DNA of 64,000 bases from Syntrophales bacterium (GCA_030654195.1 JAURXV010000139.1:5295-69294); one strand, 5' to 3'. Shown: positions 44,925 through 54,223, counted from the stretch's first letter. Numbers and translations: made by a program. The notes: generated by a model not told the origin, from the sequence alone.

Positions 44925-45184
44925 CCATTTCTCCTTTCGGTGCAGTCTTCAAGGTTTGCCAGCCAGGCAGGTTTCTCTGGAAGATCGGGAAACTCAAACC
45001 TGATGCTGCCATTTGTGGATATTGGTTTCTCAATCGTCTGCCTGCATGCGATCAAGTCTTCCCTGTTCCAACGATGTTCCTGATATTGCGGGTACTTACA
45101 GAGACTGAGGTGTCTGCCGCGGAAGATACCGCACTCCCTGCAGGCTTTTCTTGAAAAGGGACAGACTCGTTGAAGCTTAGGCAT
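44921..45184 (-). CDS. small Cys-rich protein of unknown function, leader gene of the Mo-hydroxylase operon
   Basis: 87 aa: MPKLQRVCPFSRKACRECGIFRGRHLSLC.... Its stop overlaps the FAD-subunit ATG by 4 nt. Confidence 0.4.
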   Translation of the reverse strand: MPKLQRVCPFSRKACRECGIFRGRHLSLCKYPQYQEHRWNREDLIACRQTIEKPISTNGSIRFEFPDLPEKPAWLANLEDCTERRNG

Positions 45185-45351
45185 AGACGATTCCAGATAT
45201 CTAACGTACAGGGTGTCGGGTCAGCGAGTGACGGATACTTCTTTCTGTCACCCTCCCGGAGCGCGAAGAGCTCGCTTTTCAATAGCTACTTTATAGCAAA
45301 AAATGAACTCTGTGTAAAGAAACATTAAAATTCAATGTTGTCAATTAAATC

Positions 45352-45381
45352 TTGACATACGGGAGCACCTTAGCCTATATT
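45352..45381 (+). promoter_or_regulatory. sigma70-like promoter of CoA ligase 2
   Basis: TTGACA-18 nt-TATATT, about 70 nt upstream of ATG 45450. Confidence 0.45.
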
Positions 45382-45449
45382 TAACAAGCAGTTAGTAAGT
45401 TAGAAATTGTTTTCTGCGTTTCTTAACAAGTAACTCAGGAGGGATTAAT

Positions 45450-47030
45450 ATGGGCGATACATATACACACATAGGTGATATCTTAGCAAGAAATGCCAGA
45501 ATGTACCCTGACGATGTAGCGCTTATCGAACGTATACCCGCTGAGAAGAAAAGATCGGAAATTACCTGGAAGCAATTCGACGACCAGGCAAATCAGTTTG
45601 CCAATGTTCTTTTGAAAAAAGGCATTAAGAAAGGCGATAAAGTAGTTCATTTCATGATGAACTCCATTAATTGGCTGGTGGCATATTTCGGTATTGTAAG
45701 AACGGGGGCTTGGGTTGTACCGCTCAATTTCCGTTTTACGGCGGAAGACGTGAAGTACTGCTGTGACGTGGCAGAGCCGAAGATCATTGTCTTCGATGAA
45801 GAATTCACAGACAGAATAACGGCCATAAATGGTCAGCTTCCGACCGTGGAAGAATATATCTGTGTCGGAAATAAAACGCCCGGTTATGCACAGCCGTACG
45901 CAAAACTCTTTGCAGGAGCGTCTGCGGCGGCATTGAGCGTAGCAATAGGTCCCCAGGACGAATGCGGGCTCTACTTTACCTCCGGTACAACCGGGCAGCC
46001 CAAGCCAATCCTTCTCACCCACGACAACATGCTCTGGGCCTGCATCACCGAAAATGTCCACCATAGACAAACAAAGCAGGACTGTTTTATCCTTATTCCG
46101 CCGCTTTACCACACCGGCGCCAAGATGCACTGGTTCGGAAGTTTTATCGTTGCAGGCAAGGCGGTAATTCTCAAAGGCGTATCACCCAAATGGACCCTCG
46201 AAGCAGTAAGTGAAGAAGGGGGGACCATCGTTTGGTTGCTGGTACCATGGGCCCAGGATATACTCATGAAATTCGAGAACGGCGAACTGAAGCCGTCCGA
46301 CTACAAATTGGATCAATGGAGGCTCATGCACATCGGCGCGCAGCCGGTTCCACCATCCTTGATCAGAAAATGGAAAGAGCGCTTCCCCGCCATGGATTAC
46401 GATACAAATTACGGTCTCAGCGAGTCCACTGGTCCGGGGTGTGTCCATCTCGGTATGGGCAACGAACACAAGATCGGCGCCATCGGGATACCTGGTTTCA
46501 ACTGGGAATTCAAGGTTGTGGACGAGTTTGGCCAGACATTGAAGCAGGGGGATTTGGGAGAACTTTGCGTACGCGGGCCAGGTGTCATGAGAGAATACTA
46601 CCGCAACCCTGAGGCAACAAAAAAGGCGCTTATTGACGGCTGGCTTTTTACGGGCGATATGGCGCGTGCCGACGAGGACGGCTTCATCTGGCTCGTGGAC
46701 CGCAAAAAGGACATCATCATCACGGGAGGAGAGAATGTCTTTCCTGTCGAGATTGAAGATTTCTTCCATGCCCACCCTAAAATCAAGGACGTGGCCGCCA
46801 TCGGTCTGGCCGACGAACGTCTCGGGGAAATTGTCGCCGTTGTTATTGAAACAAAAACGGGAGCAAGCCTTACAGAGGATGAAGTTGTGAAATTCGGTGC
46901 GCCTCTGCCAAAATACAAGAGACCGAGGAAAGTATTCTTCGGGCCAATACCCAGGAACCCCACCGGCAAAATTGAAAAGCCGAAGCTGCGCAAGCAGTAT
47001 GCCGGTATTTCCGAGGCCTTCAAAATCTAA
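45450..47030 (+). CDS. AMP-forming acyl-CoA (aromatic/alicyclic acid) ligase, paralog 2
   Basis: AMP-binding motifs (YFTSGTTGQPKPI, YGLSESTG, TGDMARADEDGFIWLVDRKKDII..GGENV). It is clearly paralogous to 35495-37078 (ITWKQFDDQANQFANVL vs LTWKQFNDEINRVANYL). Confidence 0.9.
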   Translation: MGDTYTHIGDILARNARMYPDDVALIERIPAEKKRSEITWKQFDDQANQFANVLLKKGIKKGDKVVHFMMNSINWLVAYFGIVRTGAWVVPLNFRFTAEDVKYCCDVAEPKIIVFDEEFTDRITAINGQLPTVEEYICVGNKTPGYAQPYAKLFAGASAAALSVAIGPQDECGLYFTSGTTGQPKPILLTHDNMLWACITENVHHRQTKQDCFILIPPLYHTGAKMHWFGSFIVAGKAVILKGVSPKWTLEAVSEEGGTIVWLLVPWAQDILMKFENGELKPSDYKLDQWRLMHIGAQPVPPSLIRKWKERFPAMDYDTNYGLSESTGPGCVHLGMGNEHKIGAIGIPGFNWEFKVVDEFGQTLKQGDLGELCVRGPGVMREYYRNPEATKKALIDGWLFTGDMARADEDGFIWLVDRKKDIIITGGENVFPVEIEDFFHAHPKIKDVAAIGLADERLGEIVAVVIETKTGASLTEDEVVKFGAPLPKYKRPRKVFFGPIPRNPTGKIEKPKLRKQYAGISEAFKI

Positions 47031-47038
47031 ACAAAAAA

Positions 47039-47064
47039 GGGCGCCGGTAATTTCTCCGGCGCCC
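47039..47064 (-). terminator. rho-independent terminator of dctQM (system 2)
   Basis: GGGCGCCGG-8 nt-CCGGCGCCC. On the minus strand it is followed by TTTTTT. Confidence 0.7.
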
Positions 47065-47106
47065 ACTTACTCTTTACCCCTCACCCCTTACCCCTCACAA
47101 ATCCCC

Positions 47107-48408
47107 TTACCTCATAAGCAGATTGGGGAGCCAGAGCGCCAGTTGCGGGAAGATGAAAAGCAGGGCCGCGCAAAGGACGAGACTGATCAAAAATGGATAG
47201 ACCCCGCCGTAAATCACGCCAAAAGGGACCTTGGTGATCTTATTGACCACAAAGACGTTAATGGCGACGGGAGGGATAACTACCCCGACCATGACCGTGA
47301 TGGCGATAATCATGCCGAACCAGATGGGATCAAAGCCGAGCTTGATGATGCACGGATAGAAAATCGGGGTGGCGAGAATCATGAAAGCCAGATCATCGAT
47401 GAAGGAACCGCCGAATAGATAGATCATGCTGATTATAATCATGATTATGTATCTATTCATGGTCAGCGCCCCCACCCAGTCCGCGGCGATCATGGGGATC
47501 CTGGTCACGGCAAGAAAGTGTCCCAGAACGGCTGAACCCGCTATAAGCATCAAGACCATGCACGCGGTGCGCAAAGATTCCGCAACCGATGTGATGTAGC
47601 CTTTCAATTTGATGTCCCGTTTGACAAACGATAATATGAGCACAAAAAAGGTTCCCACGCTGCCCGCTTCGGTGGGGGTGAATAATCCTTGCATCAGACC
47701 CCCAACCATAAACAGGAAAATGGCCACCACCCAGACAACCTCCGGCAGGGCGATGAGGCGCTCTTTCCAAGTGGATTTTTCGCCTTTCGGACCGAGGGCC
47801 GGATCGATCCTGCACCAGACATAGATGATGCAGATGAAGAAGAAGGCAATCATCAGACCCGGCACCAATCCCGCCAGAAAGAGCTTGCCGATGGATTGCT
47901 CGGTAATAATACCGAAAACAATCAGGGTTACACTGGGAGGGATAAGAATTCCCAATGTTCCCACGGAGGCAACAATGCCCGTCGAGAGCTTCTTGCTGTA
48001 CCCGTAGCGATCCATCTCCGGCACGGCAACCACGGCAAATGTGGCTGCCGTAGCCGGGGAAGATCCGCAAATGGCCTTAAAGGCTGTGGCGCCTGCCACT
48101 GTCGCCATAGCCAGCCCACCAGGAATATGCCCAACGAATTTGTAGGAGGCGTTGAACAACCGGCGGGCAATGCCGGCGTTAAAAGCGACTTGGCCCATAA
48201 GCACAAAGAGGGGGATGACTGTAAATCCGTAAGAGGAAAAGACATCGAAAATATCCTTGGCCAAAAGATTCGAGGCGGCGCTGAAAGAAACGATATACCC
48301 GAATCCCAGGAAACCGATGATGGCCATGGCAAATCCCAACTCGATGCCCGTAAGGAAAAGCAGCAATATTGCCGCCAGACCCACCATGCCTATGGTCACA
48401 TCATTCAT
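47107..48408 (-). CDS. dctM: TRAP transporter large permease (DctM), system 2
   Basis: Begins MNDVTIGMVGLAAILLLFLTG... from ATG 48408, with GGGAGG 6 nt upstream. The 48 upstream codons in the ORF track overlap dctQ and are spurious. Confidence 0.9.
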   Translation of the reverse strand: MNDVTIGMVGLAAILLLFLTGIELGFAMAIIGFLGFGYIVSFSAASNLLAKDIFDVFSSYGFTVIPLFVLMGQVAFNAGIARRLFNASYKFVGHIPGGLAMATVAGATAFKAICGSSPATAATFAVVAVPEMDRYGYSKKLSTGIVASVGTLGILIPPSVTLIVFGIITEQSIGKLFLAGLVPGLMIAFFFICIIYVWCRIDPALGPKGEKSTWKERLIALPEVVWVVAIFLFMVGGLMQGLFTPTEAGSVGTFFVLILSFVKRDIKLKGYITSVAESLRTACMVLMLIAGSAVLGHFLAVTRIPMIAADWVGALTMNRYIIMIIISMIYLFGGSFIDDLAFMILATPIFYPCIIKLGFDPIWFGMIIAITVMVGVVIPPVAINVFVVNKITKVPFGVIYGGVYPFLISLVLCAALLFIFPQLALWLPNLLMR

Positions 48409-48883
48409 ATTCGCCTCCCAGTATCTTGAAGATATCGCCGACCATGACGAGGCACTCCATGAAGCAGCACACGCCCACTCCATAGGCGATCGGGTAAAAG
48501 GGAAGCCGCAGGGTGGGCGTGACTTCGCCCGATTGATAAAGATCCATGCCATACTTCATGAGGTTCCAACCGATCAGAAGGAATAACGCGAGGACGAGGC
48601 ATCTTGTGGTCAGGTTAAAGATATTCTGGACTTTTTTGGAAAATCTCAAAACCAGAAAGTCGACGAAGATATGTCCTCTTAACCAGGAGGTGAGAGGCAG
48701 GGAGAAGCCGATGACGATGGCGCCGGAATAAGCCACCATTTCATAAGTGCCGCGAATAGGCATCTTGAAAAACCTTAAGGCAACGTCAGAGATGGTCAAG
48801 AGCATGAGGAATGTCAGACTGATCCCGGCAATAATATTCAGGAAAATACATACCCCCTTAATAACGTTGAGAAATCCTTTCAT
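48401..48883 (-). CDS. dctQ: TRAP transporter small permease (DctQ), system 2
   Basis: 160-aa four-TM protein directly upstream of dctM, overlapping it by 8 nt. Confidence 0.8.
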   Translation of the reverse strand: MKGFLNVIKGVCIFLNIIAGISLTFLMLLTISDVALRFFKMPIRGTYEMVAYSGAIVIGFSLPLTSWLRGHIFVDFLVLRFSKKVQNIFNLTTRCLVLALFLLIGWNLMKYGMDLYQSGEVTPTLRLPFYPIAYGVGVCCFMECLVMVGDIFKILGGEYE

Positions 48884-48943
48884 GAGGCGCTCCTGATTCC
48901 GTGTTTTTTATAATCCTCCCCGATTTCCCAATCCTATTTTTGC
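48881..48943. repeat. 63-nt repeat, copy A (dctP 3' end + dctP-dctQ spacer + dctQ ATG)
   Basis: Hand alignment with 53154-53216 gives 5 mismatches in 63. Confidence 0.85.
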
Positions 48944-49153
48944 CCATATTATGAAAAACTCGATTTTCTGCGAGACCTCAAGCTTTGTTACTTGATGAAG
49001 AGCTACATGGCTGGTTGATTTCACCGTTTACACTCATGAAATTGGTTGTGAAGTCCTGCTGAACTATGTGCGATAAGACACCTTTGATAAGGCATTGCTT
49101 TTTGACGGGGGAAGTATAAGCAGAACGGACTTGTGAGTCAAGGAAATACTGGT
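48939..49153. repeat. 215-bp promoter-leader repeat, copy A
   Basis: Hand alignment with 54245-54459 gives the same length and about 9 mismatches. Confidence 0.9.
49113..49141 (-). promoter_or_regulatory. sigma70-like promoter inside repeat copy A
   Basis: Minus strand TTGACT-17 nt-TATACT, about 220 nt upstream of the dctQ ATG. Confidence 0.5.
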
Positions 49154-49262
49154 GAAATACTGGTGACAGGACCAGAGGCGACAAGGCATTCCTTTTCTCG
49201 GGTCGATTGATACTGACGGTGCAAATCCTGTCCGTTCTTTCAATCAGCAACCGGTATCCCAT
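49154..49262 (-). pseudogene. 5' stump of an enoyl-CoA hydratase gene
   Basis: MGYRLLIERTDRICTVSINRPEKRNAL is a textbook crotonase N-terminus with its own GGAGGAGGG RBS. The frame then runs into the 215-bp repeat and loses all crotonase similarity. Confidence 0.6.
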
Positions 49263-49302
49263 CTTCCCTCCTCCCTGGCGACCATCGATCTTTTTTGGAT
49301 CC

Positions 49303-51066
49303 TCATGCCGGCCGATCCAGCCCCGTCACGACCTGCGACCGGATCATCCGCGGCAGAAGCATGTGGTGGTGGGGGCAGATGGAACGCGGATTCTGGTACA
49401 CCCCGTTTGCGAAGGCCACCATGTACCGGCGGATCTCCTCGAAGCGGACGACCTCATCGACGAACCCCTTCTTCGCGCAGTAGAGGGGTTCAGAGGTCTC
49501 CTCGTAGTGCTTCACCATCTCGTTCATCTTGTCGATGACCGGCCCGAGCGGATGGCCCGCATCCTTCTCCTTGACCAGCCGGCGGGCGTAACTCGCCGCC
49601 GCAGCCGTCTCGCCGTGCATGACGTAGATCTCCGTCGCCGGCGTCCCCAGCGTGAAGGCGTTGTTGTTGTTCGCCGTCGGCCCGCCCATCACGTAATGGG
49701 CCGCCGCCGTCCCCTTCCTAAGGACCACCAGCATCATCGGCAGATGCGTCTGCTCGATCGAATAGATCAGGGACTGCCCCAATCCCAGCAGCTCGGCCTT
49801 CTCCGCCGTGTCCCCGACATCGATCCCCGACGTGTCCTGGAACCAGAGGATCGGAACGCGGTCCCGGCCGCAGAGCGTCACGAACTCATTCATCTTGACG
49901 AGCCCCTGGCGGTAGAGCTTGCCCCCGACGCCGATGTACTCATTCGTGTACTCCGGATAGTTCGGAAGCAGACCCTGGCGGTTGCCGATCACCCCAAGCA
50001 GAAAACCGTCCACCTTCACCAGCCCCGTATAAACCTCCGGGCCGTATTGCGGGTGGAATTCCATCTGCTCGGAATTGTCCACGAGCCGGGCCAGGACGTT
50101 GTCGAAATCGTATCCCGCCTTCTGGTTCAGCGGGACGATCGAGGCGATCTCCGCCGGCGAATACTTCGGCGCCGCAGGTTCCGCAACCCTGAAAAAACGC
50201 GGGTTGTACGCCGGGATATCCGTCATGCACTCCTTCAGGGCATCCAGGACCTGCGTCTCCGTCTCAAAGACCGCCCGGAAGAACCCCGTTGAATCGTAAT
50301 GGACCTTCACGCTTCCCGGAGGGACCGCCTTGAAATGACGGGTCGCCTTGATCAGCTCCTCGGCGCCCTCCTCATCGAAGGAGCCTTTGGGGCTCATCCC
50401 GCTGACGATCCCGCCGCCGCCCACCGCGATGTTGCAGTTCTTGTGCGCGAGCAGGATCGTCGGACTGATCCCCTGGTAACCGCCGCCGGCCGGGTTGGTT
50501 CCGTAAATACCCGCCAGGACCGGAATCCCCATCTGCTCTAACTCCGCGTGGCGGAAAAAGCAGGTTCCCTGCCCCCGCCGGTTCGCATACACCTTCTCCT
50601 GCTCCGGCAGCTTCACGCCCGAACAGTTCACGAGCCAGACCAGCGGCAGGTTCATCAGCTTCGCCAGATCGGTCACCCGCAAGTTGTTCTCCGCCTGGCC
50701 GGCGATCCACGCCCCGGCAATCCATTTGTTGTTGAACCCGATCAGCACGCACCACCTTCCGGCAATCCGCGCGAGACCGTCCACCACGCCGGTGCTGCCC
50801 GACTCCTCGTTTTCCGGGTCGAAGATGGTATGGAGCGGGCAGAAGGTTCCCGGATCGACAACGTATTCGATCCGGTCCCAGACGGTCATCTCTCCCCGCT
50901 CGCGGATTTTCTCGGCCGGGATGCCGACGTTTTTGATCCGCTCCACCTCCGCATCGATCTTTTTCATGACCGCCTCGGCCTGAACCGCATTTTCAGTCAT
51001 CCGTTCCCGTTGCGCCGGGCGCAACGGTTTCCCGATATCGTCCATCCTGGCAAAATAAGGTCTCAT
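49303..51066 (-). CDS. gcdA: glutaconyl-CoA decarboxylase alpha subunit / carboxyltransferase (GcdA-like)
   Basis: 587-aa carboxyl-transferase fold (two crotonase-like halves). It is adjacent to an acyl-CoA dehydrogenase, as in Syntrophus-type glutaryl-CoA metabolism. Confidence 0.8.
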   Translation of the reverse strand: MRPYFARMDDIGKPLRPAQRERMTENAVQAEAVMKKIDAEVERIKNVGIPAEKIRERGEMTVWDRIEYVVDPGTFCPLHTIFDPENEESGSTGVVDGLARIAGRWCVLIGFNNKWIAGAWIAGQAENNLRVTDLAKLMNLPLVWLVNCSGVKLPEQEKVYANRRGQGTCFFRHAELEQMGIPVLAGIYGTNPAGGGYQGISPTILLAHKNCNIAVGGGGIVSGMSPKGSFDEEGAEELIKATRHFKAVPPGSVKVHYDSTGFFRAVFETETQVLDALKECMTDIPAYNPRFFRVAEPAAPKYSPAEIASIVPLNQKAGYDFDNVLARLVDNSEQMEFHPQYGPEVYTGLVKVDGFLLGVIGNRQGLLPNYPEYTNEYIGVGGKLYRQGLVKMNEFVTLCGRDRVPILWFQDTSGIDVGDTAEKAELLGLGQSLIYSIEQTHLPMMLVVLRKGTAAAHYVMGGPTANNNNAFTLGTPATEIYVMHGETAAAASYARRLVKEKDAGHPLGPVIDKMNEMVKHYEETSEPLYCAKKGFVDEVVRFEEIRRYMVAFANGVYQNPRSICPHHHMLLPRMIRSQVVTGLDRPA

Positions 51067-51104
51067 CTCTTCTATTCCTTCCTCAATCGATAAATGGGCG
51101 CAAC

Positions 51105-52268
51105 CTACCGGTTCGCCTTACGGATACCCAGTTGATCCTGGGCGATGATGAACTTGCAGATGTTCGCCGACCCCTCCACCATCGCGTAGGTCGGGGCATC
51201 CCGATAGTACCGTGCCACCGGGTATTCCGTCGAATACCCGTAGGCGCCCAGGATCCGCATCGCGTACTGGGAGCATTTGTAGGCCAACTCGCCCGCCAGG
51301 TATTTCGCCTGCGCCACCTCCGTATTGTTCACCAGGTTCCCCTGGTCCTTCTGCCAGGCCGCCTTGTAGACCATCAGCCGCGCCGCCTCGATTTCGCACA
51401 CCATCTGCGCGATCAGGTCCTGGTTCATCTGGAACTGCCCGATGGGCTGACCGAACTGCTCCCGCTCCATCGCGTATTTCGTCACCGCATCCAGACAGGC
51501 CTGGGCCAGTCCGACGCCGCCCGCCGCCGCCGACAGCCTCGTCTGGGCAAGAGATCCGAAGACGATCTTCGTCCCGTCTCCCGGCTTCCCCAGGATGTTC
51601 TCCTTCGGCACACGGGTATCCTCCAGGATGATCTCCCCCGTCGGCGAAGAACGGGAGCCCATCTTGTCCAGATCGGTTACGGTGATCCCGTTGAACTTGT
51701 CCAGCTCCAGGATGAAGGCCGAGAGGCTCTTTCCCCCTCCCTCCTTCTCCGTATAGGCGTAGTAGATGTTGATCCCCCCCACCGTCGCGTTCGATATCCA
51801 GGTCTTCGTCCCGTTGAGCAGCCAGTGGTCCCCCTTGTCCACCGCCATGGATTTGATCGCCATCACATCCGAGCCGGCCTGCGGCTCCGTAATCGCAAAG
51901 GCCCCCAGGATCTCGGCGTTCACCAGCTTCGCGATGTACTTCTTCTTCAGCTCTTCCGACCCATAACGGTAAATCGTATAGGCGCAACCGATCTCCTGCA
52001 TGTTCACCTGCACCCGCAGCGAACTCGAGGCGCGGGCGATCTCCTCGGTAATGATCGCCGCCGCCAGCCATCCCATGTTGTTGCCGCCGTACTCCTCCGG
52101 AATCACCGTTCCGAATAGGCCCAGCTCTCCCATCGGCTTCACGACTTCCTCATACGGAAAATAGTGGTTTGCATCCCACTCATCGGCAAACGGCGCAATC
52201 TTCCCGGCCGCAAATCCACGCACCATGTCCCGCAACATCACCAGCTCTTCTGATAATCCAAAATCCAT
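51105..52268 (-). CDS. acyl-CoA dehydrogenase (probable non-decarboxylating glutaryl-CoA dehydrogenase)
   Basis: ACAD motifs (GAFAITEPQAGSD, catalytic-base region YAMVEGSANI). The specific function is inferred only from the gcdA neighbourhood. Confidence 0.8.
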   Translation of the reverse strand: MDFGLSEELVMLRDMVRGFAAGKIAPFADEWDANHYFPYEEVVKPMGELGLFGTVIPEEYGGNNMGWLAAAIITEEIARASSSLRVQVNMQEIGCAYTIYRYGSEELKKKYIAKLVNAEILGAFAITEPQAGSDVMAIKSMAVDKGDHWLLNGTKTWISNATVGGINIYYAYTEKEGGGKSLSAFILELDKFNGITVTDLDKMGSRSSPTGEIILEDTRVPKENILGKPGDGTKIVFGSLAQTRLSAAAGGVGLAQACLDAVTKYAMEREQFGQPIGQFQMNQDLIAQMVCEIEAARLMVYKAAWQKDQGNLVNNTEVAQAKYLAGELAYKCSQYAMRILGAYGYSTEYPVARYYRDAPTYAMVEGSANICKFIIAQDQLGIRKANR

Positions 52269-52316
52269 GGCATCACTCCTTTATCGTTGATTGGTTGTTT
52301 GAACTCCCGCGATCCA

Positions 52317-52511
52317 TTACTTCTTGGGTTTCTTCCGGGCGATGATGGCCTTGATTTCATCCACAGGAGCCCCTCCCTGGATCGCATTATCCATCGCTTC
52401 CTCGACTTCGAAGATGACCTGCAACTTTTCGATGGTCGCCGAGAGGGCATCGGCCGGAACACAGACAACGCCATCCTCGTCCGCAATGCGGTTCAGGGCC
52501 GTCTTCCGCAT
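52317..52511 (-). pseudogene. possible C-terminal stump of an RraA/aldolase-family gene
   Basis: IADEDGVVCVPADALSATIEKLQVIFEVEEAMDNAIQGG resembles the C-terminal GD.DGVVV.P...E......I..G segment of RraA-like proteins. Only about 60 codons remain. Confidence 0.3.
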
Positions 52512-52588
52512 CGATTGCCGGCGTGGCCTGATCGACACACGGCGGCTCTTTGACCCGCATCGCACGGCCCGGTTGGTCGCGGCAGAAG

Positions 52589-53152
52589 TCAGCCGGTAAG
52601 ATCGCCCCGCCTGTTGCGTACGGCGGGCAACACCATTACAATCAGGATCAGGACCGTAACGATGATAAACGCAAGGCTGATCGGGTTCGTGACGAATACC
52701 GACGGATCCCTGGAGACCTTCTTCTCGACCATGTAAGACCCGAAAGAGGCAATTGACGGTCCGGTGCCGGGCAGAACGCCGAAGAATGCCCCGAGCACGG
52801 TCCCTCGAATGATCGGGGCGACGGACTGCTTCAGATCCTGGAGCGTCGGGTAGAGGCTCCCTACCCTGGAGGTGAAGATCACTCTATCCTCCGGCTCGCT
52901 GAGGTTGCTGATGATTTCGCCCACCGCAAAAAACCCAACGGCAATGATCACAAAGCCGATCCCGTCCGCCAGCTCGTAGAAACCTAAGCAGAAACGCTTG
53001 ACGCCGGAATCGACGTCGGAGCCCACGATCCCCAGCAGCAGGCCCAGCACCACCATCGCGAGCGACTTGAGCATATCCCCTTGGGCGAGCACCGCCGCTG
53101 CGACCAGGCCCATCAACATCAGCGAGAAATATTCCGGTGAACCGAACCTCAG
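52589..53152 (-). pseudogene. TctA-family tricarboxylate transporter remnant (N-terminally truncated, large internal in-frame deletion)
   Basis: FGSPEYFSLMLMGLVAAAVL...GVLPGTGPSIASFGSYMVEKKVS matches the TctA middle region, then jumps directly to a TctA C-terminal-like tail (NPISLAFIIVTVLILIVMVLPAVRNRR). The frame opens right after a TGA at the repeat junction. Confidence 0.6.
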
Positions 53153-53153
53153 T

Positions 53154-53216
53154 CATGAGGCGTTCCTGATTCTGTGTTTTTTATAATCATCCTCGATTTC
53201 CCAATCCTATTTCTGC
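53154..53216. repeat. 63-nt repeat, copy C (authentic dctP 3' end + spacer + orphan dctQ start codon)
   Basis: See 48881-48943. Here the terminal ATG is followed by ACT GAG GTT rather than dctQ codons. Confidence 0.85.
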
Positions 53217-54223
53217 AGTTGCTGCAAACGATCCTGACAGAATTTCAAAGCTTCCCGTGCCGGCAGACCCTTGGCCGTCTTTTCCTTTACATATTCGTCA
53301 AATATGGGCTGTACCGCCTTTACCCATCTGGCATCTTCTGCTTTGGAAAGCGTGGTAATTTTGCCGCCCTGCTTCTGGTAAAAATCATACCCGGCCTTGT
53401 CTATCTCATCCCAGGCCTGTCCGGTCTTGACAATCCACTCTTCATTGACCTGCTCGATGATTTTCCGGACATCGGGAGAAAGCGAATTCCACTTGGTCTT
53501 ATTCATCGCCACAAAGAAGCCGAGGCTATAAGCCGTGCCGAAGTTCTGAGTCGTCTGTTTAACAACTTCGCCGAGTTTCCATCCCTGCAGCGCCTCCACG
53601 GGACACACCACGCCTTCGGCCACACCTCTGCTGATGGCATCGTAGGTTTCAGGCATGGGCATACCCACGGCTGTGGCGCCGAGGTAACTCACAATCTTGC
53701 CCGTGGTGCCGGTGCCCCGGATCTTCATGCCTTTGAGGTCCTCAAGTGTGGCGATGGCTTTGGATTTGTTATGTACGAACGCGGGGCCATGGGCGTGCAG
53801 GTACATTATCTGCACCTCATCCATCTCTTTCGGCTTGAATTTATTATAATAATCATTAATCAGGCGGGTGGCCGTGGCGGCCGTCCTGGATCCCAGCGGC
53901 AGGTCGATAACCTCCGTCAGAGGAAACTTACCCATCGTATAAGAAAGTACCGACATGCCGACGTCCGAGATCCCTTTGACTACGCCATCGTAGCACGCGG
54001 GTGCCGGGGTCAGCGTGCCGCCGTAAAACATTGTGACCTGAACCTCTCCCTTGGTTCTTTTCTCAATCTCTTTACCCCATTCGGTAGCCAGTACGCTGTT
54101 CTTATGGGGTGCAGGGAAGAATATTGAGTAATTGAGCTTTGTTGCTCCAAAGGCCGTCGTGGAAAATAAAATGCCTGCCATAACTACTGCGAGAGTGAAC
54201 GGTACCAACTTAAAGTGTCTCAT
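53207..54223 (-). CDS. dctP: TRAP transporter substrate-binding protein (DctP family), system 2
   Basis: Signal peptide (MRHFKLVPFTLAVVMAGILFSTTAFG) and a DctP-like body (KLNYSIFFPAPHKNSVLATEWGKEIEKRTKGEVQV). Confidence 0.85.
   Translation of the reverse strand: MRHFKLVPFTLAVVMAGILFSTTAFGATKLNYSIFFPAPHKNSVLATEWGKEIEKRTKGEVQVTMFYGGTLTPAPACYDGVVKGISDVGMSVLSYTMGKFPLTEVIDLPLGSRTAATATRLINDYYNKFKPKEMDEVQIMYLHAHGPAFVHNKSKAIATLEDLKGMKIRGTGTTGKIVSYLGATAVGMPMPETYDAISRGVAEGVVCPVEALQGWKLGEVVKQTTQNFGTAYSLGFFVAMNKTKWNSLSPDVRKIIEQVNEEWIVKTGQAWDEIDKAGYDFYQKQGGKITTLSKAEDARWVKAVQPIFDEYVKEKTAKGLPAREALKFCQDRLQQLQK

Noticed and set aside
48978-49262. 94-aa and 69-aa ORFs (48978-49262 and 54284-54493) running through the 215-bp repeats, considered as real proteins.
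   Set aside because: The 94-aa ORF is a chimera of a crotonase start and repeat sequence. Both ORFs contain a strong sigma70-like promoter inside them, and their N-terminal parts are unrelated. Only the shared 19-codon tail is retained, as a low-confidence idea.
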